Of a stretch of DNA of 64,000 nucleotides, positions 56,801-64,000 are shown one piece after another. This stretch comes from an uncultured Gammaproteobacteria bacterium (lineage in GTDB: Bacteria > Patescibacteriota > Microgenomatia > JAMCZE01). Both the position numbers and the translations under genes were made by a program. Every line of letters starts with the position of its first letter. The first letter of the stretch is position 1. The notes below the pieces were generated by a model. The model did no database searches and was not told the origin of the DNA. It was given only the letters and a program-made list of their open reading frames with translations. The DNA lies in assembly GCA_964576435.1 (NCBI GenBank), contig CAZNUP010000001.1:162345-226344 (forward strand). The letters run 5' to 3'.

Positions 56801-57031
56801 TCTGAATAGAAACGATCCCGAAATCCAGCACTCAGCGGATCCTCCCGCATTTTTATAACCATTCCTAAGATTTACCAGTACATTGGGATCTATATTAGTA
56901 ATCAAGTGATTACCAAGAACTGGGCATTTATCATTTGGTGAAGCAGCCTGAGCATCGATTATTGATTTACCAATTCCTCCAATAATAAGGACAACCAAAA
57001 CAATTGCCAGGATTTTCGCCAGCCTTTTCAT
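53816..57031 (-). CDS. giant secreted protein with N-terminal clan GH-A (GH5-like) glycoside hydrolase domain and Cys-rich C-terminal extension
   Basis: 1071 aa with a signal anchor. FAYFGNEANLNNEW (an NEP-like acid/base) is followed ~130 aa later by PLLISELGIPGG (a TExG-like nucleophile), which is the TIM-barrel GH-A spacing. The C-terminal 700 aa is Cys-rich. Confidence 0.45.
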   Translation of the reverse strand: MKRLAKILAIVLVVLIIGGIGKSIIDAQAASPNDKCPVLGNHLITNIDPNVLVNLRNGYKNAGGSAECWISGSFLFRGPDLANQEQLDLFFKTAQEQKIQVVIRVASDNAGDEWDSIDTETAKANAIALNNAIGALEKPFPKNHTPFAYFGNEANLNNEWGGTANPVTYAKAFYEFATAAKNFEPSMSPLSYCGNTTPGANGCSSSGAGLNPDAFMTSVYQTLKTLVPGTKANRVDTWIKENIGAYTFIVIGPSADTIKTDFENEILTLSRSGFKDVSSKPLLISELGIPGGVFEPGIDKKLWEFYEALLSTPHGNQLDVVTTYVRDADGKIHAYYYVTNANGQLVASGEYNQASVNLGGSTSHKSGTTLGANSDIPSYPPLGSIQVCPPEIAVDSKFGDGTNLGPVSNSCGIIPHEEPKYCHDPSLIDKDNMRGDWCTGEELHRLCYPDSLPDFVSKGGYDCGGGADKTGNYGRSIIGFCMGQADDGTNNPIYQLWQKVYKGMQSNACVPLNEIPPKDQVTFGYCLKYYEHIGKSPNKNQTVQENIQGLPACVPTYNEKARCVSECGQPIQMGEHLQIGQITTTVGACLTDANCRAKIEVKGKDGSNSFFLPFAAKLGDYFAGVFDAEHQSEEDLDKLQQDLRDPQKAQQTMQKVWDQSGVARKILDNDTQDRLKCEFIQYVKDRKINEQNTKYLERIKGADGSYSYTGKEFQVFGKNITQISCPPEKSNGDLYTAWEKEFGNYWYAVPLFPNDASQGEIQFIAPSVFGVMADNSITGQEKFKTNDGKSAKYGPVYVSVPEVQRLALVTDAIQNALMPRQDMELRESLITSADPAVLQKNLPTYGKELDPKKYISPNACGPRDWEDFYSKSPNVMYDETKTLRIDGTNYQLDPKLGNPVAGLSEYERAVECKVDSISETSDSEICTVGPAGEIRCAQQDKAGGSLKPGVQNFDETVQVRTVFPHLFDIAENTIGAVGFLRVFKEQTEVLRSKEEADKAFDPIPASTDNVYYQVANSSGLSIDDTGHKETGWKLFFYKLGGFWNATNFVKQVLRFEGQPAGTGSTSEQTPH

Positions 57032-57079
57032 GAAGTTCAGAATATCAAAAATGAAGTTGTCTAGCTATCCGGGAACTTT

Positions 57080-58780
57080 TTAAGTTCGGAAAATCTTAAG
57101 GAAGGTATCGTTTGGAATTTGCACTTTCCCAATAGACTTCATCTTTTCCTTACCTTTTTTCTGCTTTTGTTCTAGTTTAAGCCGCCTTGTGAAATCCCCA
57201 CCATAAAGTTTTGCCCCCACATCTTTTCTAAATGCGGATATATCTGCTCTTGCAATAATTTGTCCATCAACTGAGGCTTGAATTGGAATTGGAATTTGTT
57301 GTCTAGGGATTACCTCTTTAAGTCTTTCGACAATGAACTTTCCAAATTTTTCAGCTCGTGATCTTTCCATTATTTGGGAAAAGGCATCGATTTCTTCGTG
57401 GTTAATTAAAATATCTAGCTTTACATGGTCAAATGGTCTGTACTCAGCAATTTCATAATCAATACTCGCAAATCCAGATGACTTACTTTTGAGTTGGTCA
57501 AAAAAGTCAGTAATTATTTCGGCAAGTGGTAGTTCGTAGGTAAGTGTCGCATTTTGCCCACTATAATTCGAATCTAATAGTTTCCCCCTCCTGTCTTCAC
57601 AAAGTTGAATAACGGCCCCTACAAAACTTTCTGGAACAATAATAGTTGCAAGCACCCATGGTTCCTCACTATTTATATATTCAACAGTAGGCGAGGTGGC
57701 TAAAATCCCAAGATCAAAATCTTTTTCTAATCTTTCTTGTGATACCTCGGCATGTAAGTGTCCGAGGAATCCACATTTAAATCCTCTCCCTAACGCTTTT
57801 GATGAAGTTGGAGAGTAGGTGAGTGCTGCATCGTTTAGTTTTAATTTAGAAAGTGCATCTTCCAAAATATCAAATTCATCTTGATCAACTGGGAAAAAAC
57901 TAACAAACACAACAGGTTTTGGTTCTCTATACCCCGGCAGTTCTAATGTGGTAGAAACAACAGGCATCACAGTCAATGTGTCTCCAACCTTAACTAGCCC
58001 AGCTTGTTTAATGTTGGTTGCAATATAGCCAACAGACCCGGCATCAAGTTCTTTTTGCACTGTCATCTGAGGCTTAAAGATACCAAGTTCCAGAATTGCC
58101 CCTTCTGCATTAGTGACTAATAGCTTAAGTTTGTCGCTCTCTAATATTTTTCCGTCAAACACTCTTATAAATGCTACTACTCCTCGTTTAGGGTCAAATT
58201 GTGAAGAAAAAACCAGTGCTCTTGTAGGTGCATCCAAATTTCCCGATGGGGCAGGTACTTCCTTAATAACTCTATCAAGTAGTTCGGAAACTCCGTCTCC
58301 AGTTCGTGCAGAGATTTTACTTATCTTATTTCCGACTAAACTATTTAGTTGCTCTTCAACTTCAGAAACCCGTGCGTTAGGGGAATCAATTTTGTTAATT
58401 ACTGGAATTATCGTAAGCCCCAGTCTTTTAGCTTTCTCAAGGTGTGACAAGGTTTGAGCCTGCACCCCTTTGGTTGCGTCAACTAAAAGTATTGCCCCTT
58501 CAGATGCAGCTAAACTTCTTTCTACCTCATAAGAAAAATCCACATGTCCCGGAGTGTCAATTAAATTAAGTTCAAATCCTTGAAAATCCATCGTCACGGG
58601 GGCTAGCTTAATTGTTATTCCTCTCTCTCTTGAAATTGGATGTGAATCTAAAAGTTGTTCTTTTGCGTCCCTTGCTGAAACAGTTCCAGTTATTTCCATA
58701 AGACGGTCTGCAAGCGTAGACTTGCCATGATCAATGTGAGCAATTATCGAAAAATTTCGAATTCTATCTTGGTTCATTGG
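57080..58780 (-). CDS. lepA: elongation factor 4 (LepA)
   Basis: The ORF track extends to 58861, but the likely start is MNQDRIRNFSIIAHIDHGKSTLADRL (G1 motif). DTPGHVDF, NKID and the LepA-specific C-terminal domain are present. Confidence 0.9.
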   Translation of the reverse strand, partial: PMNQDRIRNFSIIAHIDHGKSTLADRLMEITGTVSARDAKEQLLDSHPISRERGITIKLAPVTMDFQGFELNLIDTPGHVDFSYEVERSLAASEGAILLVDATKGVQAQTLSHLEKAKRLGLTIIPVINKIDSPNARVSEVEEQLNSLVGNKISKISARTGDGVSELLDRVIKEVPAPSGNLDAPTRALVFSSQFDPKRGVVAFIRVFDGKILESDKLKLLVTNAEGAILELGIFKPQMTVQKELDAGSVGYIATNIKQAGLVKVGDTLTVMPVVSTTLELPGYREPKPVVFVSFFPVDQDEFDILEDALSKLKLNDAALTYSPTSSKALGRGFKCGFLGHLHAEVSQERLEKDFDLGILATSPTVEYINSEEPWVLATIIVPESFVGAVIQLCEDRRGKLLDSNYSGQNATLTYELPLAEIITDFFDQLKSKSSGFASIDYEIAEYRPFDHVKLDILINHEEIDAFSQIMERSRAEKFGKFIVERLKEVIPRQQIPIPIQASVDGQIIARADISAFRKDVGAKLYGGDFTRRLKLEQKQKKGKEKMKSIGKVQIPNDTFLKIFRT

Positions 58781-60437
58781 TGATTTCTGTTTCGACAACA
58801 ACGTCCGAAACTTCTTTTTCAGCAGCAAACAACAATTTCTTGATCCTGCCAAAAAGGGCAACGAAAGATTGGAGTTCTTTGATATTTAACACCCAAGTAA
58901 GGAAAAGGTAAACAGACATACCAATAAGAGTGGCTGTCCCCGTAAGAAAAATAAGTGGAACTGTTCTTGTCGTATCGAACACTAACTGATCCAAAAGCTT
59001 CATTGGAATATACAAACTAATGCCTGTAAGTGTTGCTGCAACAAGCATTTTTAGTGCTGGTACTAAAAGGTCGTAAAGAGGAAATCCATGCGCTTTGAAG
59101 TATAAAAATACCATAAGTATTGTTGCATACAAGGCATCTGTTATGGCCATAGCAAGTGCTAGTCCCCAAATTGGCAAATGTAAAACAGGTATGGCTAAAA
59201 CTGCAAGGGCGACATTGATAATAACGGTGACAACCCCAATGGCAACTGGCGTTTTACTATCATGTAAAGCATAAAATCCTCGCACGATAATATTTGTTGC
59301 CGATTCAAAAATTAGCGCCACTCCAAGAAAAGCTAATGTCCTCCCCGTATCTACTGTGGCAAACCAGTCAAATTTCGGTGATCCATAAACAAGCCGGACA
59401 ATAGGAATTCGAAGAACAATTAAAATTGCTGCTGCTGGTAAAACCAAAAACAGAATCTGATGTAGGCATGTTAAAAATGTCTTCTTAAATGATTCCAAAC
59501 TTTTGTCCTTTTCTTGTTCTTCAGATAAAGTAGGTAGTGCCGCTTGAGAAATTGTCGCAGCAAAAAGAGACACGGGTATTGCCGCTAATTGTTGAGCAAA
59601 GCTAAAGATTGTCACTCCTCGTGGTCCAAGAAGTGTTGAAATACTAAATGTCACAAGGTATCCAATTTGGTTAATTGAAAGTCCAATTAGTCTTGGGAAA
59701 AACAGCTTCGCCATATCCACAACCCCTGGATGTTTTAGATCCAAAACTGGTTGATATTTGAAGTTTAGGTGCATGACAAGGGGAATCTGAACTAGTGCAA
59801 ATAAGATTGCTCCTATGACGACTCCCCAAACCACACCTAAAAGTCCCATTGATGGCGCCAAAAACCAAATTCCAAGGATTATTCCAATGTTGTAAAGGAT
59901 TGGCGCTGACGCTGGAACCAGGAATCTTTTATGTGATTGAAGTATCCCAGTGAGGAAGTTTCCAAGAAGCAAGGGGAGGGTCTGTCCTATGAGCATTATC
60001 CTTGTGTAGATAACCACTTCCGAAGTCTCTCTAATGGTTAGTCCGGGGGCCAGAATTCTCATCACAGGCTCGGCAAAGACGAAGGTTATTATTGAAAAGA
60101 CCACGAAAACTATCGTTGTTAGATTCAAAACCGTCGAGGCTATCCTATTTGCACCTGCATGGTCCCCCTTGGTGATGTATGAGGTAAAAACAGGGATAAA
60201 GGCAGTTGTCATGGCGCCCATGACAATGAGGTCAAAAAGGACGTTTGGAACCTTAAATGCGGTCAAAAATATGCCAATCTCACTGGCATCAAAAAGACCT
60301 GTCATGAAGCGCCATTTGATAAGGCCTAATATCCGGGAAATGAGGACTGCAGCAGCAATTACCGTCGCCGCTGACAAAATATTGGTTTGACGCCTAAACA
60401 AGATGTCGGTTCCATTGCGGAATAGGTTTTTGACCAT
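58764..60437 (-). CDS. murJ: lipid II flippase MurJ (MviN)
   Basis: About 14 TM helices and an N-terminal ...LGLIKWRFMTGLFDASEIGIFLTAFKVPNVLFDL typical of MurJ. I trimmed the start to MVKNLFRNG (60437), as the upstream extension is probably not translated. Confidence 0.75.
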   Translation of the reverse strand: MVKNLFRNGTDILFRRQTNILSAATVIAAAVLISRILGLIKWRFMTGLFDASEIGIFLTAFKVPNVLFDLIVMGAMTTAFIPVFTSYITKGDHAGANRIASTVLNLTTIVFVVFSIITFVFAEPVMRILAPGLTIRETSEVVIYTRIMLIGQTLPLLLGNFLTGILQSHKRFLVPASAPILYNIGIILGIWFLAPSMGLLGVVWGVVIGAILFALVQIPLVMHLNFKYQPVLDLKHPGVVDMAKLFFPRLIGLSINQIGYLVTFSISTLLGPRGVTIFSFAQQLAAIPVSLFAATISQAALPTLSEEQEKDKSLESFKKTFLTCLHQILFLVLPAAAILIVLRIPIVRLVYGSPKFDWFATVDTGRTLAFLGVALIFESATNIIVRGFYALHDSKTPVAIGVVTVIINVALAVLAIPVLHLPIWGLALAMAITDALYATILMVFLYFKAHGFPLYDLLVPALKMLVAATLTGISLYIPMKLLDQLVFDTTRTVPLIFLTGTATLIGMSVYLFLTWVLNIKELQSFVALFGRIKKLLFAAEKEVSDVVVETEITNEPR

Positions 60438-60478
60438 ACTAGTAGTAATTTTACCAGAAGATCTGATATAATGGGGCC

Positions 60479-60736
60479 ATGCCAAAAATAAAATCGGCCA
60501 TCAAGAAAATGCACCAAGCAGAGAAAAAAGGTGCTGCAAACCGAAAAGTTAAAAACGAACTTAAGTCGGAAATTGATGCTTTCAAAAAATCTCCAACCCC
60601 AAAAGCCTACGCTGAATTGGTTTCTTCAATCGATAAAGCAGCTAAAACTAACATCATCCACAAAAATAAAGCTGACAGACTAAAATCTCGTCTCTCCAAG
60701 CTTCTTAAATCTGAAAAAACTAAGAAAAAAGCTTAA
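60479..60736 (+). CDS. rpsT: 30S ribosomal protein S20
   Basis: MPKIKSAIKKMHQAEKKGAANRKVKNELKS...IIHKNKADRLKSRLSK is the S20 pattern. Confidence 0.9.
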   Translation: MPKIKSAIKKMHQAEKKGAANRKVKNELKSEIDAFKKSPTPKAYAELVSSIDKAAKTNIIHKNKADRLKSRLSKLLKSEKTKKKA

Positions 60737-60780
60737 CCCTCTTACTCCAAGACTCCTCATTGTGATATCCTGAGTTAGTA

Positions 60781-61326
60781 ATGAAACAGGAAAAATTTGT
60801 GACCCCGGAAGTCAACCTTCTGCCCCAGGATGACATGGAACAACATCCCGGTGGCAAATTTTTAAAGTGGGCTTTGTCGTGGGGAAAAAAGATCATTGTT
60901 CTTATTGAGTTGATTGTAGTTATTGCCTTTCTCTCAAGGTTTAAACTAGATTCAGATGTTGCTAACAATTCAGAAGAAATTGCAAGGAGAAAGACAATTA
61001 TCTTAGCTTCCAAAGATTTTGAGAAAGAATTTCGCCAGGTTCAGACAAAAGTAAATAAAGTCAAGTCGATAACTTCTTTGCCAAACTCAGTAACTATTTA
61101 CGATGTTGTTCAAACATTAATTCCAAGTAGTGTAAATGTTGGATCTATTTCAATTACAGGTACGAAGGTAAACCTTGAAGGTGAAGGTGAAGATAGTGCT
61201 CTTTCAAAAATGGTTGCTGATTTCAAAAGTTCCCCAGATTTTTCCGATGTAGTTCTGGAAAAAGTAACTAAACAAGGAGATAGTACTCAAATTAGTTTCT
61301 CTTTATCGGCCGAATATACAAAGTAA
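60781..61326 (+). CDS. pilN: PilN-like type IV pilus assembly protein
   Basis: An N-terminal VNLLPQD motif (the PilN INLLP hallmark), a single TM helix and a periplasmic domain. Confidence 0.55.
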   Translation: MKQEKFVTPEVNLLPQDDMEQHPGGKFLKWALSWGKKIIVLIELIVVIAFLSRFKLDSDVANNSEEIARRKTIILASKDFEKEFRQVQTKVNKVKSITSLPNSVTIYDVVQTLIPSSVNVGSISITGTKVNLEGEGEDSALSKMVADFKSSPDFSDVVLEKVTKQGDSTQISFSLSAEYTK

Positions 61327-61333
61327 TTAAATT

Positions 61334-62014
61334 ATGTCAAACAAGACTGATCAAGCAGATTTAAGGCGATTTGGAAAATATAAAACTCAAATCGAGCCAG
61401 TTATGTCGGATCCAATTATTAGGGGTTACTTCACCCTCGTTGCCTCATTCCTATTAATTGCTTTCTTTATTTTCTTTGCACTCTCTCCAACCTTTTCAAC
61501 TGTTGTTGGATTAGTAAGAAAAATTGATGACCAGAAAAAGACCCTACAAACCTTAGATTCCAAAATTACCAATCTAATTACTGCACAGGAAAACTATAGC
61601 CAAATTGAGTCAAAGCTTCCTCTCTTAGATAGTGCTATGCCTCAAACACCAATGCCCCAAGCTGTTCTTCAAGAAATATTAGCAACCTCTACTTTCTCAG
61701 GAGTCACAATAACTACGCTACAAATTGGTGATGTTTACCTAAGTGGTATTAATCCAAAGCGCCAACCATCGGATTCAACAGCTCCAGTTCAAACTGTTGG
61801 TGTGGCATCAAATATAGGTATTCCAAACGTGCCATTTTCTGTATCATTTACTGGTGATAAAGCTCAAATTAGAAACTTTATTGGCACATTAATGAATCTT
61901 CCGCGCATTATGACAATTTCAACTATAACTGTTGGAGAAAATGTTGAGGAACAAACAAAAGGAGAGTTAAACGCTGACATGACAGGTAATGCGTACTATT
62001 ATCCAAACCCATGA
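61334..62014 (+). CDS. PilO-like type IV pilus assembly protein (tentative)
   Basis: 226 aa: cytoplasmic N-terminus, a TM helix, a coiled-coil (KIDDQKKTLQTLDSKITNLITAQENYSQIESKL) and a C-terminal domain. Its position directly after pilN supports the call. Confidence 0.4.
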   Translation: MSNKTDQADLRRFGKYKTQIEPVMSDPIIRGYFTLVASFLLIAFFIFFALSPTFSTVVGLVRKIDDQKKTLQTLDSKITNLITAQENYSQIESKLPLLDSAMPQTPMPQAVLQEILATSTFSGVTITTLQIGDVYLSGINPKRQPSDSTAPVQTVGVASNIGIPNVPFSVSFTGDKAQIRNFIGTLMNLPRIMTISTITVGENVEEQTKGELNADMTGNAYYYPNP

Positions 62015-62208
62015 AATTTAAAGATAAAACTTGGATTTTAATATCTTTTCTCACTTTAACAATCGCTGTAATATGGCTAGGTATTGTTGTTAAAAATACT
62101 TTGACAAAACCAACATTACCAGAGGATTTAGAACAAATCTCTAAACCTCTTAATCCAACAATAAATCAGTCGGTTTTTGAAAGTCTAAGTAATAGGAAGT
62201 CGCCATAG
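62011..62208 (+). CDS. small single-TM protein (PilP position, tentative)
   Basis: 65 aa with a TM helix, overlapping the previous stop. Confidence 0.25.
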   Translation: MKFKDKTWILISFLTLTIAVIWLGIVVKNTLTKPTLPEDLEQISKPLNPTINQSVFESLSNRKSP

Positions 62209-62216
62209 GGTAGTTC

Positions 62217-63518
62217 ATGGGAAACAAAAAAATACCATCAGTCTTAGGTGTTTTCATAGTTATTTTAATGGTGGCTGCTTTATTTGTGACAACAAATGGT
62301 GTCGATAAAGTTAGAGACATATTTACAAATGCTAGTGGTCAACCAGAACCCAAGAACGTAACAATTGCAAACATCAGTAATAATTCCTTTACTGTCTTTT
62401 GGACGACTGATACGCCGTCTGGTGGCGCCGTCTTTTATGGTACGTCAGAAAATCTTGGTGACGGAATAGCTGTTGATCAAAGGGATCTTGGTGGCGCTGG
62501 AGAAAAGTACCAAACACACTTTGTGATAGTAAATGGCTTATCAGAATCTACAAAGTACTATTTTAAGATAGGTGAATCAGACCCCGCCTTTGGTCCCTAT
62601 GATGCGACCACTGGTCCAAAGTTAGATGATGCTACTGAAGCTGTTCAATTATCTGGAAAGGTTACATCAAGTAGTGGCTTTCCAGTTTCCGGATCGGTTG
62701 CTTCTTGGCAAGCTCCAGGTGCCTCTAAAATTGCATCCTTGGTTAAAAGCGATGGTACTTATGTCCTCCCCATTTCGAATGCCAGAGTTACTAACTTGTC
62801 CAGTGCTTTTGCTCCAGAATCTGGATCACCAGAGAAAATCATTATAACTGGAAGCGAAAGTGAAGCAACAATAAATTGTACCTATGGGGAGGCCACAAAT
62901 TTACCAACTGTCCAAATGGGAAAAACCATTTCCTGTTCTGATACTGCCAGTTCGACGCAAGCCACCTCACAGGAGACCTCTACAGAGACACAAGAAACTA
63001 AAACCACCACGTCAACTGGCTTTAAAAATCTCGTTAAATCCAACACCCAGGCAACTAGTTCAGGATCCACTGAAACCGTTGATGTAAACATTGAATCAGG
63101 GGAATCAGTTTCAACAAGTCTACCAACCTTTTCAGGAAAAGCTGGCCCAAAGCAGAAAGTCAAAATTGTCGTTCATTCAGAAGATGTCTATTCAGGAACT
63201 GTTATTGCAAAACCCGATGGTAGTTGGTCTTGGACTCCTCCAGCAAATCTAACTCCTGGTGAGCATACAGTTACTATAACTGTAGTTAATGCTGATGGTA
63301 CTACTCAAACAGTGAATAGAACATTTACAGTAAATTCAGGAGAATCCATTTTGCCGATCACAGCAGGTACTCCGTCAGCAACAATTACATCAGCTCCATT
63401 ACCTGACGACGAACTCATTGCAACTGGTGTCGAGGCTCCTACAATTTTGGCTTTGACATTGAGTGTTTTATTTATTACTCTAAGTATTGGAACTATTTTT
63501 ATCTATGGATCCAATTAA
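62217..63518 (+). CDS. cell-surface protein with fibronectin type III-like domain and C-terminal TM anchor
   Basis: N-terminal TM helix, NVTIANISNNSFTVFWTTDTPSGGAVFYGTSENL (an FN3/purple-acid-phosphatase N-domain-like start), a Thr/Ser-rich linker, and a C-terminal hydrophobic anchor. Confidence 0.4.
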   Translation: MGNKKIPSVLGVFIVILMVAALFVTTNGVDKVRDIFTNASGQPEPKNVTIANISNNSFTVFWTTDTPSGGAVFYGTSENLGDGIAVDQRDLGGAGEKYQTHFVIVNGLSESTKYYFKIGESDPAFGPYDATTGPKLDDATEAVQLSGKVTSSSGFPVSGSVASWQAPGASKIASLVKSDGTYVLPISNARVTNLSSAFAPESGSPEKIIITGSESEATINCTYGEATNLPTVQMGKTISCSDTASSTQATSQETSTETQETKTTTSTGFKNLVKSNTQATSSGSTETVDVNIESGESVSTSLPTFSGKAGPKQKVKIVVHSEDVYSGTVIAKPDGSWSWTPPANLTPGEHTVTITVVNADGTTQTVNRTFTVNSGESILPITAGTPSATITSAPLPDDELIATGVEAPTILALTLSVLFITLSIGTIFIYGSN

Positions 63519-64000
63519 AACTAATCCAGCCGGACCACAACCAACCCCAGGGGTAGCTACTCCTGTAACTCCAACTCCAAGTTTAGAACCAAAGGTATTT
63601 GATTTGTCGTCTATAAATTCTGTTAACAAAGGCGGAGGAGGAAGTTTCTTCAAAAAAAAGCCAGTAATTGTTGGTGTTTTAAGTGTCTTGGTTCTTGCAT
63701 TAGTTATGGCAGCTGGAGTCGGATTTTTCCTAAATAATCAAAGAACCACGGTTCCACCACAGGCTGCTGATTGTACTGACTATGGTTTTGTCGGCGGTGG
63801 TGGTGGCAACGCTCAATTCTCAGGTGGTCCAAATGGTAAAGGAACGGAAGCTTGGGCAGAAGGAACTGTATTCAATAATTGCTCAACTCCAATTGACTAC
63901 TACGTAATTAGAGCGTGGTGTAAAGCAACCAATTCTTCAATTAACGGTGGTTGTGGTGATAACGCTCAAAAAGAAAAAAGAACACTTCAACCAGGTCAGA
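63505..64000 (+). CDS. hypothetical secreted/membrane protein (partial, runs off the window end)
   Basis: The ATG at 63505 overlaps the upstream stop. A Pro/Thr-rich N-terminus, a TM helix and Gly-rich, Cys-containing sequence follow. No stop within the window. Confidence 0.3.
   Translation, partial: MDPIKTNPAGPQPTPGVATPVTPTPSLEPKVFDLSSINSVNKGGGGSFFKKKPVIVGVLSVLVLALVMAAGVGFFLNNQRTTVPPQAADCTDYGFVGGGGGNAQFSGGPNGKGTEAWAEGTVFNNCSTPIDYYVIRAWCKATNSSINGGCGDNAQKEKRTLQPGQ

Noticed and set aside
1-64000. CRISPR arrays, rRNA genes, IS/transposase genes
   Set aside because: I found no evenly spaced direct repeats of 25-40 bp, no rRNA-like segments and no DDE or HUH transposase motifs. The only recombinases are the two large serine recombinases.

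Overview
This is a low-GC bacterial window that I read as Patescibacteria/CPR-like, though that is only an impression. The housekeeping backbone includes rpoD, dnaG, a disulfide-bond oxidoreductase, smpB with ssrA, lepA, murJ and rpsT. The accessory content is unusually dense, and the main items are: (1) the right end of an integrative element (P-loop NTPase, XRE repressor, small ORFs, an HTH replication-like protein and a large serine recombinase) inserted at a tRNA-Asn(GUU) that also carries a ~196-nt group I intron in its anticodon loop; (2) a type IV pilus locus with several prepilin-type genes, including one 801-aa pilin-like protein, next to a GAF histidine kinase, two CheY-like receivers, pilC and pilB, plus pilN/pilO-like genes at the far end; (3) a tRNA-rich stretch with five Ser-type and two Arg tRNAs, two of which have unexpected wobble bases; (4) a second island integrated at the 3' end of tmRNA, whose large serine recombinase overlaps the ssrA 3' end, carrying an XRE/DUF4352 divergent pair, a candidate Shedu-like (DUF4263, PD-(D/E)xK) defence gene, a MOSC gene flanked by a 16-bp perfect palindrome pair, and hypothetical proteins; (5) a co-directional block of three tandem VirB2/TrbC-like small pilin paralogs, a VirB6-like polytopic protein, a Cys-rich protein ending in the same pilin-like module, and a 1071-aa secreted GH-A-like glycosidase, with no ATPase visible, which I regard as the best candidate for an undescribed surface or secretion system. 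All domain calls come from recognising motifs by eye in the supplied translations, and nothing was searched against a database.
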